Origin: an uncultured Chthonomonadaceae bacterium
GTDB taxonomy: Bacteria; Armatimonadota; Chthonomonadetes; Chthonomonadales; Chthonomonadaceae
Direction of reading: 5' to 3'
DNA length: 64,000 nucleotides
Assembly (NCBI GenBank): GCA_963817895.1
Contig: CAWFQB010000003.1
Span: 320,001 to 384,000, forward strand
Both the position numbers and the translations under genes were made by a program. The notes beneath the pieces were generated by a model, which was given only the letters and a program-made list of their open reading frames with translations, was not told the origin of the DNA and searched no databases. Shown in pieces: positions 1 through 9,041 of this stretch (its first letter is position 1; every line of letters starts with the position of its first letter).

Positions 1-1
1 C

Positions 2-1234
2 TTTACCAACGCCTTGGAACAACTCGATGTCGCCGCGAAATACCTGGAACTTCCGCCCGCTATCCATGCCATGCTTCGCCGTTCGGAACGCGAGTTGACC
101 GTGCATTTCCCGGTGAAGATGGACGACGGCACGGTTCGGATATTCGAGGGGCATCGCGTTCAGTATAATTCCAGTCGCGGCCCGTGTAAGGGCGGCATCC
201 GCTACGCTGCGGGTGTCAACATTGACGAGGTGCGCGCGCTGGCGTGTTTGATGACATGGAAATGCGCCGTCGTCGGCTCGGTTCCGTTCGGCGGCGCAAA
301 GGGCGGCGTGGTTGTAGACCCCCGCGCCCTGTCTCTGAGCGAACTGGAACGCATGACGCGCCGCTTCACTGCCGAACTCTCCAACTTCATCGGCCCCGAC
401 GTGGATATTCCCGCGCCGGACATGGGAACCAACGCGCAGACAATGGCGTGGATGATGGATACCTATTCGATGGGCAAGGGGCGCACGGTTCCCGCCGTCG
501 TTACGGGCAAGCCGGTTTCCATAGGCGGCTCGGAAGGACGCGCGGACGCGACAGGCCGGGGTATCGTCTTCATCACGAGGGAAGCTATCAAAGCGCGGAA
601 GCAGGATTTGAAGGACATAACCATTGCTGTACAGGGGTTCGGCAATGTGGGGGGCGTGGCCGCCCGTATTTTTAACCAGATGGGCGCGAAAGTGGTGGCG
701 GTCAGCGACGCGCTGGGTGGGCTATATAATCCGAACGGGCTGGACATTCCCGCATTACTGGAGTGCGCCAATCGCGACGGCAGCCTGACCCGGCACACGG
801 GGGGAGAAGCCATCAGCAGCCGCGCCCTGCTGGAATTGCCTGTCGACGTCCTGGTTCCCGCCGCAACCGAAAACCAGATTACAGCCGAAAACGCTGCCCG
901 TATTCAGGCGAAGATGATTGTCGAGGGCGCGAACGGCCCGACAACTCCCGCCGCCGACCGGATTCTGGAACAAAACGGCGTGATTGTGATTCCCGACATT
1001 CTGGCGAACGCGGGCGGCGTGATTGTGTCCTACTTCGAGTGGGTGCAGGACTTGCAGTTCTTCTTCTGGAGCGAGGAGCAGGTCAACAACAAATTGGAAG
1101 ACATCATGGTGCGCGCGTATCAGGATGTGCTGGCAATGGCGCAATCCAAGAACGTGAACATGCGGCTCGCCGCCTATCTCATTGGCGTCAAGCGTGTCGC
1201 GGAAGCCACTTCGCTGCGGGGAATCTACCCGTAG
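2..1234 (+). CDS. gdhA: Glu/Leu/Phe/Val dehydrogenase (glutamate dehydrogenase), probably 5'-truncated by window edge
   Basis: GPCKGGIRY, GGAKGG, DIPAPD, GFGNVG, EGANGP and PDILANAGGVIVSYFEWVQ motifs; frame open from window start. Confidence 0.93.
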   Translation, partial: FTNALEQLDVAAKYLELPPAIHAMLRRSERELTVHFPVKMDDGTVRIFEGHRVQYNSSRGPCKGGIRYAAGVNIDEVRALACLMTWKCAVVGSVPFGGAKGGVVVDPRALSLSELERMTRRFTAELSNFIGPDVDIPAPDMGTNAQTMAWMMDTYSMGKGRTVPAVVTGKPVSIGGSEGRADATGRGIVFITREAIKARKQDLKDITIAVQGFGNVGGVAARIFNQMGAKVVAVSDALGGLYNPNGLDIPALLECANRDGSLTRHTGGEAISSRALLELPVDVLVPAATENQITAENAARIQAKMIVEGANGPTTPAADRILEQNGVIVIPDILANAGGVIVSYFEWVQDLQFFFWSEEQVNNKLEDIMVRAYQDVLAMAQSKNVNMRLAAYLIGVKRVAEATSLRGIYP

Positions 1235-1327
1235 CGAAGTGGTTAGGTTGTCAGGTTGTTAGCGGATACGCGATTTTAATCCCCCGGCTTTAGCCGCGCG
1301 TGTCCTTCGCTGCGTGTGGACGCCCGA

Positions 1328-1366
1328 TACACAAATTACAACGCGCTTCGCGTTGTAATTTGTGTA
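1328..1366. terminator. 18-bp perfect inverted repeat between convergent gdhA and ileS
   Basis: tacacaaattacaacgcg-ctt-cgcgttgtaatttgtgta. Confidence 0.55.
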
Positions 1367-1407
1367 CCAATCTCACATGCTTTGTCCATTAGCCTGGGCG
1401 GAAGGTA

Positions 1408-4385
1408 TTACCTGCCGTCGCGTTCCGATACGGCGCGGGCGCAGCGTTCGCACAGGTCAGGGTACGCCCCGTTCGCGCCCACATCGGTTTTTATCAGCCA
1501 GCAGCGGGCGCATTTCACGCCCTCTGAGGGACCGACTTCCACTCCGGCAACGTTCTCTCCTGCCGCCTGCTTTAGTTCCACCTGCGAAACGAGAAACACG
1601 GTCGGCAGCAGATTCGCATACGGCGACAAAGCGGTAAATGTCGGGGCGTCTGCTGTCAGCGTAACCCGCGCTTCCAGCGGGTTGCCGATTTTGCCCGCCT
1701 GCCTTCCCTCTTCCAGCGCCTTCTTCACCGTTTCGCGCGCGGCCAGCAATGGTTCCCAACGCGCCAGCAGTTCCGTGTTCACGTCGCCCGCCGTGGGAAA
1801 GTCCGCGAGATGAACGCTTTCCGCCTTATCCGGTATTTTCAGGTAGTCCCATACCTCTTCGGCTGTGTGCGCCAGTATGGGAGCCAGCAGACGCGCAAGG
1901 GTGTCGGCAACCGTGTGCATCACCGTTTGCGCGGATCGCCGTTCTCGCCAATTCGCGCCGCTCGCGTACAGCCGATCTTTGATAACGTCCAGATAGAAAC
2001 TGGAAAGTTCGGTCGCGCAGAAGTTGAGAACCATCTGGTACACGCGCTGGAATTCGTACTCCTCATAAGCGAGGGTAGCGTTCTCAGCTAGCAGGTCCAA
2101 CTTCGCCAGCATCCACTGATCCAGTTCCTCCATATCCCCGACGGCAACCGTATCCGCAGTCGGGTCGAAGTCGTACAGGTTGTTGAGCAGGAAGCGGAAC
2201 GTGTTGCGAACGCGCCGGTACATTTCGCCCACCTGTTTGAGCAGGTTTTCGCCGCAGCGCGTATCCTCCATAAAGTTCTGCGAGGCGACCCACCAGCGCA
2301 CGACATCCGCGCCGCTGTTCTTGATAACATCGAGGGGATTGACGCCGTTGCCCTTGCTTTTGCTGAACGCTTCGCCCTTCTCGTCCAGCGTCCAGCCGTT
2401 CGTGACCACGCTGCGATACGGCGCGGTTCCCTTTGTGCCAACGCCGATCATCAGGCTGGAATTGAACCATCCCCGGTGTTGGTCGCCGCCTTCGAGATAC
2501 ACGTCGGCGGGCCATTCCAGATTGGGCCAGTGCGCCGTGTTTTCCAGAACAGCGCGATTGGTGGAACCGGAGTCGAACCACACGTCCAGCACGTCCGTCT
2601 CCTTGCGCAGTTTTTCCACGCCCGAACCGCAGTGCGGACACGCGAAACCGGACGGCAGTATTTCAGAAGCGGGCCGGGAGTACCACACATCCGAACCCTC
2701 CCGCGCCGTCATATCCACAACCGACTGGACACTTTCCTTCGTCAGCACATGTTCGCCGCAGTTATCGCAATAAAACGCCGGGATGCCCACGCCCCACGCC
2801 CGCTGCCGCGACACGCACCAGTCAGGCCGATTCGCCACCATGCTCGTGATCCGGTTCACGCTCTCCTTCGGATACCAGGTCACGCCTTCGATTGCGTTTA
2901 TCGCCTGTTGACGGAAAGGTAGGGATGAGGGTATTAGGTGTTGGTCCCTGTCTCCTCTTCTCCTCCTCTCCTCTTCTCTTCCTCTTCCACTTCATGGTCT
3001 ATATTCATAAACCACTGCACCGTAGCGCGGAAGATGAGCGGGCTGTGACAGCGCCAGCAGTGCGGGTACGAGTGTTCAAACTTACTGGCGTTGAGCAGGT
3101 TTCCGGCTTCGCGCAGGGCGTTGAGGATGACCGGGTTGGCTTCCGCGTCCTGCCCCTTTTTGTCGCCCCACGTCGTGACGCGCAGCCCCTCGAACTTCGT
3201 ATCGCCGTACTCGCCCGCCTGAACCGTATACCGCCCCGCCGCGTCCACCGGAGTCAGCACTTCCAGACCGTATTTCAATCCGGTTTCAAAGTCCTCTTTG
3301 CCGTGTCCCGGCGCGGTATGCACCAGTCCCGTACCCGCATCCATCGTGACGTAATCCGCCAGAACGATGGGCGATGTGCGATGAAACAGGGGATGCCGGA
3401 ACACAAGCCCCTGCAACCCCGCGCCGTTCAGGGTTTTCACGGCTTCGTATTCCGTGACGCCCGCCGCTTTCATCACGGAATCCACCAAAGGAACCGCCAC
3501 AAGGTAATAACTCGGTTCAGCCTCAACGTTTTCGGACGCAACCCGATTCGCTCGCACAACAGCATACTCGGCGTCAGGGTGCGCGGCGATGGCGAGGTTA
3601 GCCGGTATTGTCCAGGGCGTTGTTGTCCAGATTACCGCGTAAGCATGTCCCGCAACGTTCTCGCCAACCCCTTCAAAAACTCCCATCGGATCGTGATGCA
3701 GCGGAAACCGAACGTAGATGCTGTTGGACGTATGCTCTTCGTACTCCACTTCGGCGTCGGCAAGGGCAGTTTCGCACGTCGCGCACCAGAAGACGGGCTT
3801 TAGGCCGCGATAGATGAAGCCCTTCAGCGCCAATTCCCCGAACACTTCGACGATTTTGGCCTCGAAGTCCTTGCTCATCGTCAGGTATGGGTCGTCCCAC
3901 TGGCCGCGTATGCCAAGCCGCTTGAACTGTTCGCGCTGCACACCCACCCAACTCGCCGCATACTCGCGACACGCCTGCCGCAGTTCCACGCGGCTGACGT
4001 TTTTCTTTTCTTCGCGGAATTTGCGCGACACGGCGTTTTCGATGGGCATGCCGTGATTGTCCCACCCCGGCACATACGGCGACGAGTAGCCCTGCATCGT
4101 TTTGAAGCGGGTTACGATGTCTTTCGCCACCTTGTTCAGCGCGTGGCCTAAATGGATGTCGCCGTTGCTGTAGGGCGGGCCGTCGTGCAGGATGAATTTG
4201 CCTTTGGGCGCGTGTTTCTCCACGCTTTTGCGGTAGATGTCCGCGCTGTCCCATTTCTGCTGCAATTCCGGCTCTTTCGCGGGCAGGCTGCCCCGCTGCG
4301 GAAACGCGCCGGGGTCTTTGTCGTTGAGCGTGATATTGAGCGTGCCGCGATAGTCGCGCTTTTCCGGGCTAACCGTTGTCGTCAT
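1408..4385 (-). CDS. ileS: Isoleucyl-tRNA synthetase (type 1), frameshift near 2900-2990
   Basis: LHDGPPY, HLGH, WTTTPWT, GTGLVHTAPGHG, DWCVSRQR, EGGDQHRGWF, C-terminal CARCW..CERC; joins ORFs 2934..4439 and 1408..2883. Confidence 0.95.
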
Positions 4386-4420
4386 TGTAATATCCTTAAA
4401 ATTTTGTATAAATCGGGCGC

Positions 4421-4469
4421 AAAAAACGCGCCGCCGCAACGTCTATAAAGACGTGCGGGCAGGGCGCGG
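4421..4469 (-). terminator. Intrinsic terminator in ileS leader (attenuator)
   Basis: Minus strand CGCGCC..CCGCACGTCT-TTAT-AGACGTTGCGGCGGCGCG-TTTTTT, ~35 nt before ileS ATG. Confidence 0.75.
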
Positions 4470-4511
4470 GTGGGCGGCGACGCCGGGGCGGAACGAGTGT
4501 CGTTACTCGTA

Positions 4512-4613
4512 TCAGGCCCTCAGCGCCGCCTGCGTAATCACGATGATCGTCAGCCAGGACACGTTAAAACGCTGTGGGCTATGAAGAGCGCGTATTCGTG
4601 TAACGATTTGCAT
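4512..4613 (-). CDS. Putative ileS leader peptide, 33 aa (MQIVTRIRALHSPQRFNVSWLTIIVITQAALRA)
   Basis: Hand-translated; GAGGA Shine-Dalgarno upstream; Ile cluster TIIVIT; followed by alternative hairpins and terminator. Confidence 0.7.
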   Translation of the reverse strand: MQIVTRIRALHSPQRFNVSWLTIIVITQAALRA

Positions 4614-4733
4614 GACCGGAATTCCTCGGTTCGTATTTTTGCAGTATCTTTGCAGCAGCAGTCCGTGGAATAAATTCCTCGGCTGTGATAACGAAGTTCG
4701 CCTGCGCGGACTGAAGCGTTACAGTGAAATATT

Positions 4734-5375
4734 TTAATTTGACCGTTTGTTTGGCGCGTGTTTGGTTGTATTATTTGGCATCTTTACCGGTTGCGGAGCG
4801 CTGCCGCTTTTCGGCTTGCCCGCGTAAATCGAGGCGCCGGGCATCGTTACCGGGCCGGGTTCCCAACGAAACGAAGCCAGCACTTTGTCAAAGGCGGCAT
4901 CGTATTTTTTCATGGCGGCGGGCAGTGTCGTCAGCGTCAGCGTCAGGGCTTGCGGGCCACGCAAACAGACCACCTGACGGTTTTCGTGCGCCGCCTGACC
5001 GGGTACATTCACGCGCATACGCCAACTGTATGCAGGTTCGCCGCCAAGCGTCAGTTTTTTTTCGCCGTAAATCGTCAGCCCTTTTTGTTTCGCGATTTCC
5101 GCCCGCGTGGATTTTATGTAGGCGTCGAGCGTCATTGCGTGGACGGGTTCGCCATACGTGCCGATGGTAGCGGCCTCCTCTTCGGGACGCGCCTGCGGCT
5201 CCACCAGAACCGCGTAGTGCGGTATCAGGTTCTGGTTGACCGTCCATCCCGGCGGCGGCAACAGCGAGAACCGATGCTCCGTATCCGTATAGCGTCCCTC
5301 CAGCGGCATCGCGCAAACGGCGGCTGCCATTCCTATTCCCAATATTACCATCATTCCCGAACGCGCTAAACTCAT
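4734..5375 (-). CDS. Exported PsbP/DcrB-like protein
   Basis: Signal-like N-terminus, FSLLPPPGW and YDAAFDKVLASF motifs typical of PsbP-like fold. Confidence 0.6.
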   Translation of the reverse strand: MSLARSGMMVILGIGMAAAVCAMPLEGRYTDTEHRFSLLPPPGWTVNQNLIPHYAVLVEPQARPEEEAATIGTYGEPVHAMTLDAYIKSTRAEIAKQKGLTIYGEKKLTLGGEPAYSWRMRVNVPGQAAHENRQVVCLRGPQALTLTLTTLPAAMKKYDAAFDKVLASFRWEPGPVTMPGASIYAGKPKSGSAPQPVKMPNNTTKHAPNKRSN

Positions 5376-5503
5376 GCTTCTAACCTGTGTAACGTGTACT
5401 ATTCCCAATTGTCTGCCCTGATATATTATACCCCGAAATGGCGCATCGCGAAGAATTCCACAGAGCATGATTGGACAGCAGAGCAATATCTGTGAAATTG
5501 AAG

Positions 5504-5533
5504 TTGACAAAAAGGCTCCGTTCAGGTTATAGT
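5504..5533 (+). promoter_or_regulatory. Sigma70-type promoter
   Basis: TTGACA-18 nt-TATAGT. Confidence 0.55.
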
Positions 5534-5634
5534 ATATCGCCGCGCCCGGTGTCGGTATCTGCTGGCAGAATGTTGCGGCGTCATAACCCTTTTATTGATC
5601 ATCTGCCATGCCCAGGCATTCGAGGAGAGTCATC

Positions 5635-5880
5635 GTGCGTATTCGATCCAAAGAGATTCGCCGCTCCCGCAAGCGCGAAGAGAACCGTATTCTGGACATC
5701 GTGAAGGCCGCCCGCGCCGCCCGTCCGCCCAAAGCGGCTGCAAAACCCGCTACGCGCACCGCGCCTGCCGCCGGTGGCGCGCCGCGTCCCGCATCCGCCC
5801 CGCGCCAGCGTCCGCCCCGCGCCGCCGCGCCTGCCACTCCCGCCGCGCCGCCCGCCGAAACGCCTGCGACCGAAGCCTGA
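5635..5880 (+). CDS. Small basic protein with Ala/Pro-rich tail
   Basis: GAGGAG SD before GTG; RIRSKEIRRSRKREE N-terminus; upstream promoter. Confidence 0.6.
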   Translation: MRIRSKEIRRSRKREENRILDIVKAARAARPPKAAAKPATRTAPAAGGAPRPASAPRQRPPRAAAPATPAAPPAETPATEA

Positions 5881-6023
5881 CAGCTAAAGCCCGCGTTTCG
5901 TTGCTGTACTATCTTAAAACGCCGATGTTGTCTCATAACAACATCGGCGTTTTGGCGTGTCAGGTTGTGGTTTTGCGCGTGAAAGACATCGGGATTGAAA
6001 GCGAAGGACCCAGTGCGCAGGCA

Positions 6024-7067
6024 TTACAAGAGCAGGCGCGTTCCGCGTGTCAGGACGCTGCCGGCGGCGAGTACCGGGGTCGGACCGCGCGCGCCTCGCC
6101 CCTCTACGACAACGGCCTCCTCTATCGTCACGTTCTCGTCTACAATCACATTCGACAGGCGAACGCCGCTGCCGACAGTCACCCCATCCATCAGGATGCA
6201 GTTTTCCAGTCGCGCGTTTTCGCCGATATGGCAGTTGCGCCCGATCACGGTCAGGTCGTTTCGCCATGCCCCATGCGCAAGGGTGGTTCCTTCTCCAATC
6301 GCCTCTGTGGGAAGTTCCGTTTTCACCGCGCCGCTGACAACCGCCTGAGTCGCGATGACGAGTTGTTCCGCCCGTCCGACATCCATCCAGAAGCCGCCGG
6401 GGGCAATGCCGTAGACCGGCCCTTTTTCTGCCAGCAGCGGCGGAAAAATATCGCGCTCGACTGAAGACGGCACACCCGGCGCAATCCGGGCGATGAATTC
6501 CGGCGAAAACACATAAAAGCCCGCGTTAATCAAGTCTGTGCCTTCGGGCAGAGCGTCGTGATCCAGCGCAAGGGCTTTTTTCTTCTCTTCGCTCGGCTCG
6601 ACCCAATCTTCCACGCGCCCGTTCGCGTTCAGCAGGAGGACGCCAAACGGGTTGGGGGCAGGCACTTCCGAAAGCGTAATCGTCGCTATCGCCTGCTTTT
6701 CGCCGTGAAAGCGGAAAATCGCGCTCAAATCAAAGTCCGTCATCACATCGCCGTTGAACACGCATACGGCCTCGCCTGGAAACTGGTCTGCGGCGTTGCG
6801 AATCGCGCCGCCCGTGCCAAGCGGTTTGTCTTCCGGCGCGTACCGCATCCGCACCCCGAACCGGCTGCCGTCGCCAAAGTGCGCTTCGATCTTGTCGGCC
6901 ATATAGTTGGTGGCGAAAACAATATCTTCCACGCCATGCCTGCGCAACAGCGCGACCTGATACTCCAGAAAAGGCCGGTTGGCAACCGGAACCAACGGCT
7001 TGGGACGCGGATAGGTTAGCGGGCGCAGGCGCGTTCCCAACCCACCCGCGATAATAATACCTTTCAT
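6024..7067 (-). CDS. NDP-sugar pyrophosphorylase (mannose-1-phosphate guanylyltransferase family)
   Basis: IIIAGGLGTRLRPLT..PKPL, PLGTGGAI, FWMDVG, hexapeptide-repeat C-terminus. Confidence 0.9.
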   Translation of the reverse strand: MKGIIIAGGLGTRLRPLTYPRPKPLVPVANRPFLEYQVALLRRHGVEDIVFATNYMADKIEAHFGDGSRFGVRMRYAPEDKPLGTGGAIRNAADQFPGEAVCVFNGDVMTDFDLSAIFRFHGEKQAIATITLSEVPAPNPFGVLLLNANGRVEDWVEPSEEKKKALALDHDALPEGTDLINAGFYVFSPEFIARIAPGVPSSVERDIFPPLLAEKGPVYGIAPGGFWMDVGRAEQLVIATQAVVSGAVKTELPTEAIGEGTTLAHGAWRNDLTVIGRNCHIGENARLENCILMDGVTVGSGVRLSNVIVDENVTIEEAVVVEGRGARGPTPVLAAGSVLTRGTRLLL

Positions 7068-7096
7068 AACTCTCCTCGCTGCGAAATGAAGCAGAC

Positions 7097-7291
7097 AAAA
7101 ACAAATGGCGGAAGGGACGAGGCCCGACCGCCATAATTATGAGGCATTATTGAGGACTTCCTTAGTCATTGTGCGCTTTTGAGAACGATATGGAGGATCA
7201 CATCGTCAAACCAAAGGGCGCATCTTGAATTCAAGGGGTCAATCCTCACCCGGCTTACGCCGGATGCTTATGAGTTCGCTTCGTTAGAAGC
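7097..7291 (-). ncRNA. Candidate ~190-nt structured RNA (6S-like rod or long regulatory leader) ending in a terminator
   Basis: Consensus promoter upstream, nested long-range pairings, ATGGCGG..CCGCCAT hairpin plus T-tract. Confidence 0.5.
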
Positions 7292-7297
7292 AGTTTC

Positions 7298-7326
7298 ATT
7301 ATAACAGACCTTTTCCCAACTGTCAA
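7298..7326 (-). promoter_or_regulatory. Perfect-consensus sigma70 promoter with extended -10
   Basis: Minus strand TTGACA-17 nt-TATAAT with TGn before the -10. Confidence 0.8.
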
Positions 7327-7396
7327 CACATTTTCACTAAATTTTGGGAACTTTTTTCAACTGTTATACGTCCAAAAGCCCGCTCGCCGGTTTGCA

Positions 7397-7810
7397 TCAT
7401 TGCGTATTTGGCCTTTCGAGGTCAGGTTGGTGTTCAGCGGGGAGTGGATCGGGGCCATGCTGTCCCACAAGCGCGAAGGGAAAAGGCAACCCCAATACAA
7501 ACAGGCACACACGCAGCAGGGATAAATAATGCCATGCGCGTTCAGAAGGCAGAACGAAACTATCCAGCAGCGGCCATGACAGGAACAGCGGCGCTATCGT
7601 CAGGCAGGCAAGTGTCAGCCAGAGGTATATCAAAAAAGGGCGGCGAGTGCGCGTAACCCCCGCCAGACACAATCCGAACAGGCCACCGAGGACAAAGTTC
7701 GCGCTTCCGGCAAGGGCCGCTTCCCGCCCGACATGCAGTGGCAGCGACACAGCCCACAGCAGCGCAGACAACATCAAACAGCGGATGCCAATTTTGTTGG
7801 CGAGTGACAA
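7397..7810 (-). CDS. Hypothetical membrane protein
   Basis: About four hydrophobic segments; start uncertain. Confidence 0.45.
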   Translation of the reverse strand: MSLANKIGIRCLMLSALLWAVSLPLHVGREAALAGSANFVLGGLFGLCLAGVTRTRRPFLIYLWLTLACLTIAPLFLSWPLLDSFVLPSERAWHYLSLLRVCLFVLGLPFPFALVGQHGPDPLPAEHQPDLERPNTQ

Positions 7811-7886
7811 GAATGGTTCCTTTTGAGGTGTTAGTTGACGGTTAAGAGTGTTGTATTCGATAGTCTTGCGCGTGGTATTAATGCGC

Positions 7887-8855
7887 ATGGAAGGAAAGAA
7901 CGTGCGAATTGCGATTACAATGGGCGATCCGGCGGGTATCGGGCCGGAAATCATTCTGAAAGCGTTTCACGCGGGAATCCTGACCGATTGTGAACTGGTT
8001 GTGTATGGCGATGTGGCGTGGATGCAGCAGGCGGCGCGAAAGTTTAATCTGTCCCTGCGCAATCCGGCAGGGCAGATATTGACCATACAGCAGGCGACGA
8101 ACGCGAATTTGAGCGATGTACATTGGGGCGGATTGTCCTCACAGGCGGGCAAAGCGGCGGCTGAGTGCGTGATTGTCGCAGCCGAATCCGCTCTTCACGG
8201 CGACGTGGACGCCGTTGTCACCGCGCCGCTCAACAAAGAGGCCATCGCGTTGGGCGGCTTCCCCTACCCCGGCCATACCGAACTGCTGGCACACGTCACC
8301 CACACGCCCCGCTATGGCATGATGCTGCTGTCGGGCAATCTGCGCGTCGTCCATGTCAGTACGCACGTATCCCTGCGCGAAGCGATAGAGCGCGTCCGAA
8401 CGCCGCGCATTTTGGAGTGTATTCGCCTCGCGCATCGCGCCTGTCAGAATTTGGGCATTACGAACCCGCGAATTGCCGTTGCCGGACTAAACCCCCACGC
8501 GGGCGAAAACGGCCTGTTCGGAACCGAGGAGGTCATGGAAATCGCGCCCGCCATCGCGCAGGCGCGGCAGGAGAATATGGACGCCAGCGGCCCGCATCCG
8601 CCCGACACCGTTTTCGCCCGCGCCGTCAAAGGTGAATTCGATCTTGTCGTCGCCATGTACCACGATCAGGGGCATATTCCCGTGAAACTGCACGGCTTTG
8701 ATACCGGAGTCAACGTCACCATCGGCCTGCCCATCATCCGCGTTTCGGTAGATCACGGCACCGCCTTCGATATTGCCGGCAGGGGAATCGCCAGCGAAAA
8801 AAGCCTGCTCGAAGCCATCCGCATCGCCGCGCAAATGGTACAGAGCCGTCAATAG
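7887..8855 (+). CDS. pdxA: 4-hydroxythreonine-4-phosphate dehydrogenase (PdxA family)
   Basis: ITMGDPAGIGPEI, GHTELLA, GLNPHAGE, MYHDQGHIP, SVDHGTAFDIAG. Confidence 0.93.
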   Translation: MEGKNVRIAITMGDPAGIGPEIILKAFHAGILTDCELVVYGDVAWMQQAARKFNLSLRNPAGQILTIQQATNANLSDVHWGGLSSQAGKAAAECVIVAAESALHGDVDAVVTAPLNKEAIALGGFPYPGHTELLAHVTHTPRYGMMLLSGNLRVVHVSTHVSLREAIERVRTPRILECIRLAHRACQNLGITNPRIAVAGLNPHAGENGLFGTEEVMEIAPAIAQARQENMDASGPHPPDTVFARAVKGEFDLVVAMYHDQGHIPVKLHGFDTGVNVTIGLPIIRVSVDHGTAFDIAGRGIASEKSLLEAIRIAAQMVQSRQ

Positions 8856-8916
8856 CCCGTTTTCTAACCCTCTCCCATAATTTTGGGAGAGGGTCAGAAA
8901 CAATAAAAAGAAACTT

Positions 8917-9003
8917 GTAGAGACACAACTTGTTGTGTCCTCGCTCTCATCTACTGGCGGAAGACACAACGCCGCAGGAGGACACAACAAGTTGTGTCCC
9001 TAC
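8917..9003. repeat. GTAG-type REP-like inverted doublet
   Basis: GTAGagacacaacttgttgtgtccct ... ggacacaacaagttgtgtccCTAC. Confidence 0.6.
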
Positions 9004-9041
9004 TCTTATTTGAATGGTATTTGGGTTAGGAGTGAGAGCCA

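Noticed and set aside
4440..4700. T-box riboswitch upstream of ileS
   Set aside because: No GGTGGNACC-type T-box bulge seen; the leader-peptide model fits better
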